64,000 nt of DNA. Origin: Octopus sinensis. Its lineage: Eukaryota. Of this stretch, positions 49,301 to 60,365 are shown piece after piece (position 1 is the first letter of the stretch; each line of letters opens with the position of its first letter). A program made the position numbers and the translations under genes. The notes beneath the pieces are model-generated. The model searched no databases. It had not been told where the DNA came from and worked only from the letters and a program-made list of their open reading frames with translations. The stretch is from positions 101,122,001-101,186,000 of the forward strand of contig NC_043003.1 in assembly GCF_006345805.1 (NCBI RefSeq). The letters run 5' to 3'.

Positions 49301-50873
49301 TCTATGATGCAAAATTAATGTTTTTAAGTGATCTAAATTAGAACTACCAGCAAAATTTCATGCCCCCATTTATGTTCCAAACAGTAATTTAAGAACAAAA
49401 GTTACTAAATTACTCATTATTTTCAAAATTAATTGAAACAAAATGCAGTTATATATATATATATAAATTAATTGTTATCGCCATATTAATATGGCATTCT
49501 TATAGAGACTTAGTAATTTTAATATTTCTATTATATATATATATATAAAAGAAGATAAAGATATAAATAATAACATGTAAATATTGGGTTAAAGACCCTT
49601 TTCTCTATTCAAAAACGCTATTGAATAGAGAAAGTTGAAGGATGCTTGTGGGACTTGAAGCACATATTCTGTAAACATGACATTCTACCACTGGAGTAAA
49701 GCAATCCTTTGAAATACTATAAAAATAGATTGAAGAACAAAGTTTCTAAAATTTCAAAATGTTGCTTTTGTCCATCTGTCATGTTTACAGAAGTTGTGTG
49801 TTCAAGACCCAAGGGCAGCCTTCATGGTTTTCTATCCAAAAGGGATTTTAACCCAATATTTCATCATCATCATCATCCTTTAACATCTATTTTCCATGCT
49901 GGCAATAGTTGAACAGTCTGACATGAGCTGGCCAGCCAGAGAGCTGTCCAGTCTCCAACTGTCTGCTGTGGCATGGTTTCTATAGCTAGATGCCCTTCAT
50001 TATTATTCATAACTTTATCTACTTTGAGTTCTATAGTTAAAAACAAATTATAAAACATTCCCTTAAAGTTTCTAAATTTTTATGATGTAAACAAAATGTT
50101 ATGAACTTATGGGTTTACATATTGTATTTTGTGTGTAAGCACTTTTGCTGTTCAACTTTTCAAATATGTATTCTGATCCACATAGAGAAAGTTGATTTTA
50201 GTAATGGTGCTAAATATTTCTGGTTTAGAATTCTTTTGCTTTTCATAATTAAATCATTTCTGTCTTTTACTTTGTAAAAAAGGAATATTTTGAGTTTCCC
50301 ATGAGCACAAATGGAACATTTCTAAGAAAAGAATCTTTAATTTACTATTTGTGCTCACTCACACAGTTGGTTAATTTTATTCCTGTTATTCTGATGTAGC
50401 TTTCATTGCATTGTGGGGATGTGATGCAATAGATGAGATTTATTTGCTTTGCAATGCATATTTGCATTCACCTTCAATTCATTCCCATTCTCAAACCTTT
50501 TGGCTGTTCCTTGTTCGATTATTTCAAACTTATTTCTTTCTCCAATATGTATCTAGCCTTTGTTAGGAGTTTTTTGAAATTTGGTGGTTGTCTTTGGTTG
50601 TTGATGATTTGTGATTTTTAAATTATTTATTTGATGAGTGATGTAGAATTTAGGATTATGAGTGGCTACAAATGGAATACTTACATGTGTTTTTGTTTCC
50701 ATCCTCAGTGTGAGTGTTTCTCCATAAGACAGAGATTGAGATTTCTTCTACTTTAGTTATGACATGATTTATTAGGTTTTTTTTTTGGGGGGGGGGGGTA
50801 TTTTTGTTTTTGAATGAATATATTTAGTTCTACTAGTTGTTTCTCTCACCTAACATTGGGCATATATGCTTTG

Positions 50874-51726
50874 CTAAATTATGTTCTTGGGGGGAGGGTA
50901 AAATCTAAATATCGGTGTGTCCATGTCCTTGCAGTAGAGATCTATTGTAACTGCTTTCTCACTTCCTTTAATTATTAGAATGTCCAGAAGAGGAAGTCCT
51001 CTTTTATTCATTTCCATAGTGAACTGGGTTAACTCTTGAATGCTTTGTTCCAAGATAAGAAGCAGACATCCAAGAATCTTTTCCATTTCCTATTAAATAG
51101 GACAGGAAATGTTCATCAAAAGTAATTCCAGACAGAGAATAGATTTATTTTCTTCCAGTACTAGTGTCACAAACATTGATGCAACTTTCACTCTATCATC
51201 ATGCCTGGAATTTGTAGGTAATATTGCATTTTAGAAAATAGCTGTTTTCTAGTACCAATTATAATCCTTCAAGTATAAACTCTTTTTGTAATCTTTCCTG
51301 AATTCTTTGTGGGTCTATCCAGAATTCTATTGCTTCTAATCTTATTTAATAAGCAATATTACTTACAAATGCAAGGTATGGCAATGGGGATAAAAGTTGT
51401 ACTGAAGTTTGCAATACTAGTAATGGAGTTCTCGGAAGAAAAACCAAAAAGCAAAAGAAATCCTAATCTCTTCCTTATGGAGAAACACTCAAACTGAGGA
51501 TAAAAACAAATTTAATAAATATATAAATATTCCATTTGCAGTCACCCATAATTCTAGGAACTAGAACATGATACCTTCCAATCCTATAGGCATAGCTGTG
51601 CAATAAGAAGCTTGCTTCCCAACCACATGATTCTGGGTTCAGTCCCACACTATGGTACCTTGGACAAGTATCTTCTACTATAGCCTAGTGAGATTTGGTA
51701 GATGGAAACTGAAAAACTGTGTGTGT

Positions 51727-51766
<40 letters not shown>

Positions 51767-52400
51767 TTTGCATCTGTTTGTCCCCCACCACCACTTGACA
51801 ACTAGTGCTGGTGTGTTTACATCCCTGTAACTTAGTGATTCAGCAAAAGAGAGCGATAGAGTAAGTACTAGGCTTTAAAAAAGAAATTAAAAATATTGGG
51901 GGTGATTCATTCCACTAAAACAAAGAGAAAATTCTCTAAGGTGGTGCCTCAACATGGCCACAAGTAAAAGGTAAAATATATAACTAAAGAATCACAAATC
52001 AAAAACAGCCAAAGACAAGCACCAAATCTCAGAAAGACTCCTAACAAAGTCAAGATTTACATTGGATACAGATATAATGCAGCTAACAAATTGTGAAGAC
52101 ACTTATGGGAGGTGTTAAATAATTGAACGAGAAACAACCAAAAGATTCAAGAATGAGAAAGAATTGAAGGTGAAAGCCAACATCAATTACAAAACAAAAA
52201 ATCCCAACTACTGCATCACATTCCTATAATGTAATGAAAATTACATCAGAGTAATAGGAACAAAAATAACCAACTGTGTGAGTGTGCTCAAACAGTAAAT
52301 TAAAGATTCATTTCTTAGAAATGTTCCATGTAGTATAAACATTTGTGTACATGGAAAACTCAAACAGTTCCTCATTAATAGAAACCAGAAATAGTGCTAT
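50874..52400. mobile_element. Rearranged Penelope-like remnant (RT plus GIY-YIG)
   Basis: Minus 50874-51086: QFTME..LPLLDILI..DLYCK. Plus 51309-51450: YYLQMQGMAMG. Plus ~52015-52300: QAPNL-RLLTK and a YCITF..NENYI GIY-YIG remnant. A SINE lies in between. Confidence 0.7.
51595..51965 (+). mobile_element. Degenerate tRNA SINE with (TG)n
   Basis: Same head and body as 40780-41165. Confidence 0.7.
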
Positions 52401-53973
52401 TAAAAACTTTCTTTATACAAAAAAAAAGAAAAACTCAAAATAAAAACTTGTTAATCATTTGTTTGTGACATTGTTGCATACAAATTTTTTTTTTAAGTTA
52501 ATAATTTTTAAGGAAATCTTCTTTTAAAATATTGTGACTGCATCAAGTATTTTTTGCACATTTAATCTAACATAAATCTCTAAATTTTAAACACTATAAA
52601 AAATCCTGTTACAGCTAGATTTAAAAGTATAACATATTTCTAGTTATTTTATTTTATTTATGTTATTCCCATAATACTTAACACATGACAGAGGGAGCAG
52701 CCATTTACTTACACAGGAAGGAGAAGGAGTAAACATTAAATCGATAAGTATTCTGCCTTTGATAATTTTTTACTATCTTGTATAGATAGGGATAAATCTT
52801 ACACTAAATTATTAATACCTGTAATGTTTATATAGGTAGGTTGTAGGATTTGATGTGTTAATAATAGTCATTGAGGATTTCCTTAGGTTTAGCATTTTCT
52901 ATATATATCAGTATTGTAATTTTAGGTGTTTAATTTGTAAAATTTTTTAATTTCTTTAATTTAATTTTTTTAAAAATATATTTGCAATTTATATATTTTT
53001 ATTATATTTGTATTCATATTCTTATTTTTCTATTTAATATGACTTATAATATGTATTTTTACTTTGATCCTTTAATAATAATAACAATAAGATAAATAGC
53101 CTGAGGACGCACTGGTGGATTTTATGTATTAGGTATAGACTTTATAAACTCCCCTCCAGCACAGAAACACATGTAGCAGTCATTAAATATATCTTATTTC
53201 CCCACAGATTAATAACAGGTAAGTTATACAGATTTTCTCAAATAATTCTATTGTATATTATGGAATTTTTTTAAAATGCTTATTTTATTGGATATAACTT
53301 TCTATGTTACAATAAGGTTATCCTGAAATAGGAGCTTTAATGGTAAAATCCCAAATTTGTAATAATATATATACATATACATACATATATATATATATAT
53401 ACATATGCATACATATAAATATATCTTTATATATATATAAAACTGAGAATGTGTGTCTGTCTGTCTGTGTGTTTCCCTAAAACTTGAGAACTACACAACC
53501 AATTTCCTTCAAATTTTACACATGCCTTACTTAGGGTCCATGTAGTTTCATGGGCAAAAAAAAATGTTCAACTTCTTGCCTAGAGCGAGCCCATAGCAAT
53601 ATCATATCTTCTCCACTATTTCAGTATTACGTGTTAAAAGTGAAACAAAAGTATTTCTCTATTTTATGTCAGATGCTTTCACTTTAACAATAAAAATAAT
53701 AATAACAATTGAATTATATGTAGTAAGTAATAATTAAAATCAAACTAAAGTATAATATAACAAAAGTAAAAATAGCAATTGGTATAAAATTGCATCAATG
53801 ATTTGAACTTGAATAAGTGGTTTCACATGAATGGGAATAAATTAAAAATAAAATTAGCATGCAGAAATGGAATAGTCCAGATGGATAATAAAAAATTAAT
53901 TAAATTAAAGAAAAGACTATTGTCTATAAAGTATACAATGTAGAGAAAAAAGAAGAGCTAACAATTCCAGTCT

Positions 53974-55885
53974 TCATCGAGTTGGTTAGTTAATTTTTGT
54001 GTGAACTGTTAAATTGGAAAAAAAGTTGAATCGCGTGAGGCTCTTGCCGCCACGTGTTGGAACCTTATTATAGAAGGTGCGTCGACCCTCAAGTCATGGA
54101 GACTTACGCGGGGGTCGCCGCAACGAAAAGTGATGAGCCTCTTATAGTAAGAGAAGTGTTTTTTAGAAAAGAACAATTATTTGATTATGAAAAATTCATC
54201 AAAAGGGAGGGTGACAGCATAAAGCTAGTCCCACCTGCTGAAACGATAGAAGAAAAAAATAATAAGACTATAACGTACAGGACGCAAGACAGGATTACAA
54301 AAAAATTGGTGAGAGTAACGATAGAAGAAATTGAGAAATGTCTGGGGGACATTATGAAAAAGGCAACGTACGTGAACAGAGGAAAGAAATATGGTACGGT
54401 GGAGGTGAGATGCGCAACAAAAGAAGTTGCGGCCTCATTAGCTTCCACGGTACTAAAAGCTGAAAACTTCATCATGTGGCCTACATATAAAGGAAAAAGA
54501 GGGGTTCGGGTAAGAGTCCCAAAGGTGCCCCCAGAAATTAAAACAGAAATGCTGGTAACAGCCATTATTGGGGCAGCAAAGGAGGAAATAGAAATAGGGT
54601 CGATCAAGGAGACCAATGTTGTGAACTGGAAGGGATTCGGAGTGAAAATGTGGCTGATGGCCACAATAGAAGACATAGAAAGGTTTCCCTTCCAAATTGA
54701 ACTAGAAAATGAGAGAACAATGGCCGTGATAGTGGAGGGGAGAAAGCCGAACTGCTACTTGTGTGGGTCAAGAGGACACATAAGAAAGGAATGTCCGCTA
54801 TATGAATTCACAGCGGAGAAGGAAATGGAGCGAAAAAAGACACAAAGTGGAGAGACAACGGAAGAAAACAAAAAAGAGAATAAAAAAGAACACGAAGGAA
54901 AGAACAGCGAAAGCAAGGAAAAGGAAATAACGGTGAAACAAAAAGAGAAAGGAAGTAACAACACACTGAAGGAAAATGAAATCAAAGGGAAGAAATTAAT
55001 AGAAAAGGAACAAAATTCACAGGGCAAAGAAGTAATAGAGAAAGAACCAAAACAGAATCAAGAGAAAGAAAAGGAAAGTACACTAAAGGAAAGAGAAAAA
55101 ACAGGGAAAAAACAAGAGAAGGAACAGAAGCAAGAGAAAGGAAAAGATGGCACACGAAAAGAAAAAGAAACAACAGGAAAGGAAGATAAGGCACAGGGTA
55201 GAGAGACGACAGACAAAGAGCCAAAAAGACAAGAGAAGGAAAAAGAAAGAAGAGAAAACAAAAAGAGAGAAAGAGAGAAACCGAGAGAGGAGAGCAAAGA
55301 GGAAATAAGTCCTAAGAGGAAGACTAGAGAGAACAGGCGATACAAATTCTATGGAACGTTGGTCTATCACAGGCATTGTGAGGAGATGGAAAATGTGATA
55401 AACGAAACAGATGGATACACATGGGTCAGGACGGGCACCGAATGGAAAGAAACGGGTGCACTAGTCCACGAGGATGGCGCCGATGCATTCATCGAGGCAG
55501 CCGGTAAGAACGTGTTAAAACACATGAAATGCCGACTTGTAAGGTGGCCAAGAACAATGGAGATCTATGAAGATTTGGTCGAGGTAATGGAATTTATTTA
55601 AAAAAGAAAATGTTTATTTGAAAACTTTATTGGTGAAAAGAATTTTAAATTCTGCAAAATGTTGAAGTGATAATACACTCTGAAAATTCTTTTGAAATAT
55701 ATGTAAAATGATTTTGAATTTTATTGTGAAATGTATCTTTGAGAAAAAAAATGACGAAATGTAACCACTCGATTTCAGGGATCGAGTGGGCATTACACCA
55801 CATTGTACAAATTTCATAACTCATTATATTATTTTTTTCCCGATTGTATTGTCCCCTCTATGTTGCCCCTTGTGGGTAGGAATAA
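53974..55885 (+). mobile_element. Element A: ORF1-only (half-LINE-like) Tx1/L1-clade retroelement with 14-bp TSD
   Basis: Flanked by AACAATTCCAGTCT (53960-73 and 55886-99). One intact ORF, a 285-nt 3' UTR with no ORF2 trace, and the LINE 3' tail. Confidence 0.85.
54096..55601 (+). CDS. ORF1p/gag-like protein, 501 aa, with CCHC knuckle, E/K-rich linker and distinct C-terminal domain
   Basis: ATG at 54096. TYVNRGKKYGTVEVRC aligns with element B TYINRGRKFGTVEVRF, followed by VEGRKPNCYLCGSRGHIRKEC. No stops. Confidence 0.85.
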   Translation: METYAGVAATKSDEPLIVREVFFRKEQLFDYEKFIKREGDSIKLVPPAETIEEKNNKTITYRTQDRITKKLVRVTIEEIEKCLGDIMKKATYVNRGKKYGTVEVRCATKEVAASLASTVLKAENFIMWPTYKGKRGVRVRVPKVPPEIKTEMLVTAIIGAAKEEIEIGSIKETNVVNWKGFGVKMWLMATIEDIERFPFQIELENERTMAVIVEGRKPNCYLCGSRGHIRKECPLYEFTAEKEMERKKTQSGETTEENKKENKKEHEGKNSESKEKEITVKQKEKGSNNTLKENEIKGKKLIEKEQNSQGKEVIEKEPKQNQEKEKESTLKEREKTGKKQEKEQKQEKGKDGTRKEKETTGKEDKAQGRETTDKEPKRQEKEKERRENKKREREKPREESKEEISPKRKTRENRRYKFYGTLVYHRHCEEMENVINETDGYTWVRTGTEWKETGALVHEDGADAFIEAAGKNVLKHMKCRLVRWPRTMEIYEDLVEVMEFI

Positions 55886-56173
55886 AACAATTCCAGTCTG
55901 TTATACGCCAGTCTGTGTTTGTCATTTTGCTGTTTATTACCGGTTTGTGAATTTAACTATTGTTACTTTGTTTTATATATATTGTGTTTCTGTGTAAAAA
56001 CTGTTAGTAGCCTTCGCGCGAAGGCTACGTATTAAAATTCCCCCCCCACGGGGGAATTGTTTTGATATAATTGTTGTGAAACAGTTTAAGATATACACAA
56101 AAGGCTTGTGAAGCCAAAATTTTTGAAGGCTTGTTAAAGCCAATTGAAAAGGCTTGTAAAGCCACATCCAGAG

Positions 56174-56895
56174 ATGGAGACTCCTATCTCATATTCACCT
56201 GTATCAGGTGAAGAAAGTTCACCGGCGGTGACGCCGGAAAAAGAAGAGGCCCCAGCGAAGAAGTTCGCAGAAGTTGCAGGAAAAAAACAAAAAAAAATCA
56301 ACACAGATAAGAGCAACCTAGAAAAGTATGAAGCACTTTTGAAAAAGGAAGGAAATGAAATAGCAGTGGAATCAGACGTCAGAAAGAAAGAAGAAGTAGA
56401 AAGAAAAAGGATTATCTACAAGACATACAATACAACAATGAAAAGCATTCAAAGAGTGGAGGAAAAAAAAATAGAGGATTGTCTGAAGACAATAAGGAAA
56501 GACATTACGTATATAAACCGTGGCAGAAAGTTTGGAACAGTTGAGGTGAGGTTCAGGACTGAGGAGATAGCCAAGAAGCTATCAACCGAACCTCAAAAAG
56601 CGGAGAATATAGTCCTTCTCCCCCTGTACAGAGGCAGAAGGACCTCAAAAATATTAATGAAAAATATTCCGCCAGAAGCGGACGCCACATGCCTGGTGGC
56701 GGCAGTGATGTTGGGCCTGGAGGACAAGATCACTATCCTCCAGGCTACAGTAGAGGAGGAGGGGTTTTGGCAAAGCCAATGTATCACAATGGCGATTCAG
56801 GCGGAGGTCCAAACGTTAGAAGAAATACCGGAGATATTGAGGCTCAGCGAGGAGGAGAGGGTGCTAGTGTTTGTGGAGGGCAGAAAGCCGAGGTA
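56174..56895 (+). CDS. Element B ORF1, truncated just before the zinc knuckle
   Basis: ATG at 56174. Homologous to element A ORF1 up to VEGRKP, then jumps into endonuclease sequence. Confidence 0.8.
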
Positions 56896-59894
56896 CTTCG
56901 CATTCATTAGTTGTGCTAGGAGACTTTAACACAATTTGCAAAGCGGATGTAGATTGTGTTGGCTTGCGTCCAGATAGAAAAGGTAACATTGGCTTCCTGG
57001 AACTGCTAAGCCGCTTTGAGCTAGCAGATCCTTATAGGTTGGAATTTCCGAACGCTCCATTGTGGACATGGTCAAACAGCGACGGATCTTCCAGGTCATA
57101 TATAGATAGGATACTAATTAGAAAAGTAGACAGAAAAATAGCTAAGTGTCCACAGTTTTACCTGGTCAGCTACAGTGATCATTAAATGGTCACCTGTAAG
57201 CTTGACATAGATAAGGTTAAAAATAGAGGCTCCGGTTACTGGAAACTTAATACGTCCCTTTTGGCGATTAAGGAGTACAGAGACCGGATTAGGACTATAA
57301 TTCAGAGGGCGCTATCTGGTGCCATCATTAATAACAAATGGTGGTATGCCCTCAAGCGAGCCATCAAATTCGAGTCAATTAGATATAGCATAGGATTAGT
57401 GGCTAGAGAGGCTAGGAGGGAATCTAATCTAGTTAAGGAATTAGAGGAAGCCTTGAAAACTGGCTCTGCGGTTCAGGTGGCGGCCAAGAGACTGGCGTTA
57501 AACCAGCACCTTGAGGCCAAACACATGGGCTGCATTGTCAGGGCTAGGATCCACGTAATGGGTTGTGAAGGAATCAACGCCGTGAGATGGGCCCGAGTGG
57601 TGGAAGCTCAGCGTGGTAACGACGCCATGATTCGATCTATGACGCACCAACAAGGTGAGTTGATAAACGAGCCCGAGGAGATGTGTGAGGCCTTTCAGGA
57701 GCACTTCGCTCAGCTTTTCGGTGAGTGCAGCAGACTGGATAGGAGGAGGGCCTTTACGGACCTCCTCGACAGGCTGCCGCGCTTATCGGGGCGAGATGCG
57801 GAGGGCTGTGAAGGGCCAATCACGCCTGGGGAGGTGGTTGAGGCGATGGTGGACTGCGGCGCGGGCAAGGCGCCGGGTTTAGATGGTCTACCCTATGAGT
57901 TATATAAGAGTATGCCAGACTTGTTCGGGCACCTACTGGTGGAGGTCTATGCGAACTGGCAGCAGAACGGGTTCATACCCAGATCTGTGCGCCGGGGAGT
58001 AGTGACACTCGTCAGAAAGGACCCGAGCAAGGGGCAGTGCATTGATAATTTCAGGCCCATCACTCTGCTAAACACAGAGTTGAAGATTTTAGCCAAAGTG
58101 TTATCAAAAAGATTGGCGCGTGTCGCAGATGGTCTGATCGGGGAGGCACAGACATGTGCTGTTCCCGGCAGAACCATTCAGGATAATCTCCATCTTATGC
58201 GGTAAACTATAGAGGGGTTTAATAGTGATTCTGGCAAGGGTGGGGCACTGGTCCATTTAGACCAATCTAAAGCGTTCGATAGGGTCGACCATCGCTACCT
58301 GGTATCTGCCCTGGCACAGTTCGGGCTGGGCCTTGGCTTCCTCAGGTGGATTATCCAAATTTACAACATCGACTCGGTAGTTCGGGTGAACGGCTTCTTG
58401 TCGAAGCCGTTCAACATCAAGCGCTCGGTTCGTCAAGGGTGTCCGCTCTCCCCGCTTTTGTACGTGATGGCTCTTGAGCCATTACTGAGAAAACTGAGCG
58501 GCATCCCGAGACAGCCAGGTAGTGGAAAATCGGTGTCAGCGTACGCGGATGACATCACCATCATCGTAACCGAAATGGATCACCTATGTAAAGTAGGCAA
58601 GGCCATAGAGGTTTACGAGACGGTGACAGGAGCAAAAGTTAATCGCGAAAAGTCAGTCGGCTTGCAACTCGGTACCTGGAGAGGCAAGTCGATGCCTCCT
58701 GACAGCGTCGTGGGACATTGGACGGAGGGTCCGATTAAGTTGCTAGGGGTTTGGTTCGGTCCAGACCTCCAAATAGAGAAGAATTGGGGCGAGGTATCGA
58801 GCAGGGTGGCTGCAGTAACCAAGACCTGGTCTTGGCGGTGGCTATCCCTGAAAGGGAGGGCGGAGGTAGCCAATGTGTTTATCGCATCGGTTATTACCTA
58901 CCGCCTTTCCGTTGTTCCTTGCCCTGATTCGTGGTTGATCAAGTTGGAAAGACAGCTCTTCTACTTCTTGTGGAAGGGCGGGAAACCACTTGTGAAACAC
59001 TCTACTTGCTGTCAACAACTGTTAAAGGGTGGGCTAGGGATGCCTTGGCTGATGATGCGCAGACATGCGCTGAGGTTAAGACATCTGTGGCTCTACCTGG
59101 ATGGTGAACGGGTGTGGTCTCCGCTAGCAAAACTGATGTTTCCCAAGTTCACTAGTTTCGGTGGATGGGAAACCTGGCTGAATCGTAGATCGAAACTAGG
59201 CACATGGTACACGGAGTGTCACAAGGCTCTCCTGCTATTCCGTCGCTCGGGCAACGCCTGCGGTGGGGGTTCCACCACATTCTTCTATAGAGGGTTGGTA
59301 GAGGCGGAATGTGAAGATACCTTGGGGGAAACCCTAGGTCTCGACGATAATCAGCTGGCCAGTCTGTTCCGACGTACGTTCGAGCCGAAGACACTGGACA
59401 ACTTCCAGAAGTCTCTGGCATGGCAATGCTACAGAGGAGCTCTACCTGTTTGGGATAAACTCGCAAGGCACGGTGGCCAAGACAGTCCGATATGTCCAAG
59501 ATGCGAGCGGGATAGGGAAACCGTCCCGCACGCTATTGTTCATTGTTCGGTCGTGTCTGAGGTGTGGGTTTATGCCGAACAGCTGTTGTCAAGCACACGA
59601 AGAGTACAGCTGTCGACTGAGTCTATTACAAAAATTGACCCACCAGATTTCCTCGCGAAAGAAGGTAAGAATTGTTTTCTCGTTGTGGTAGCAATTGCGA
59701 AAGAGGTGATATGGAAGACGAGAATGAAAGGTTTACGGTCAGGCAAGTTCATATCCGGCCCTGGTTTGATGAATTACTTCATCTTTCACCTGAAAAGGAA
59801 GATAGGGCTGGAGAGAAAATGCCTGACTAAGAGAGTGTATGAAGAACGATGGAAGGATGTAGCACGAAAGTTGCGAATGGATGACACCACATAA
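56896..59894 (+). pseudogene. Element B ORF2 (endonuclease C-half, RT, CCHC) in one frame with two premature TAA stops
   Basis: VLGDFN, TWSN..SYIDR, SDH*, YWKLN, KAPGLDGLP, FRPITLLN, LDQSKAFDRV, RQGCPLSP, AYADD and CPRC..ETVPHAIVHC. Stops at 57183 and 58203. Confidence 0.92.
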
Positions 59895-60149
59895 ATGTAA
59901 AACAAGACGAAACCAAAGTATCAGTGGTGAGGCGGCGCTCGTGGGGTCCGAGTTAAACCCGCCCCCACTCCATCCGTAATGTCTTCCGGTCTGTTCTTCA
60001 TTCGATTTTATATTTTTTGTATTTTTGTGAATTTTTAATCTCATCTTTTTTGTAACTCCATCCGAGAATCTGACCCCACATCAGGTTGTATTGTCCCCTC
60101 TATATTCGCCCCTTGTGGGTAATAATAAAACCATTCCACAATTGATGTC

Positions 60150-60329
60150 TGATTTTTCCCGTATTTGAAGCGTGGTATTTTCAGTAATTTGTAAGTAACT
60201 GTTTAGCGTTTGTTAAAGAAACTGTTGTTTTGTTTGAACTTTTGAACGTCTGGTGTAATAACAAGAGATATTGTTATTCCCCTCCTTACGGAGGGGAAAA
60301 GTGCTACACGTTACATACAAAAACAAAAA

Positions 60330-60365
<36 letters not shown>

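Larger units (their letters stand above)
55906..60128 (+). mobile_element. Element B: near-full-length Tx1/L1-clade LINE with an internal deletion
   Basis: 5' UTR, ORF1, APE endonuclease remnant, RT, C-terminal CCHC, 3' UTR and tail. Confidence 0.92.

Noticed and set aside
54755-55376. Hydrophobic Ser/Phe/Leu-rich minus-strand ORFs
   Set aside because: Antisense shadows of the purine-rich E/K linker of element A ORF1.
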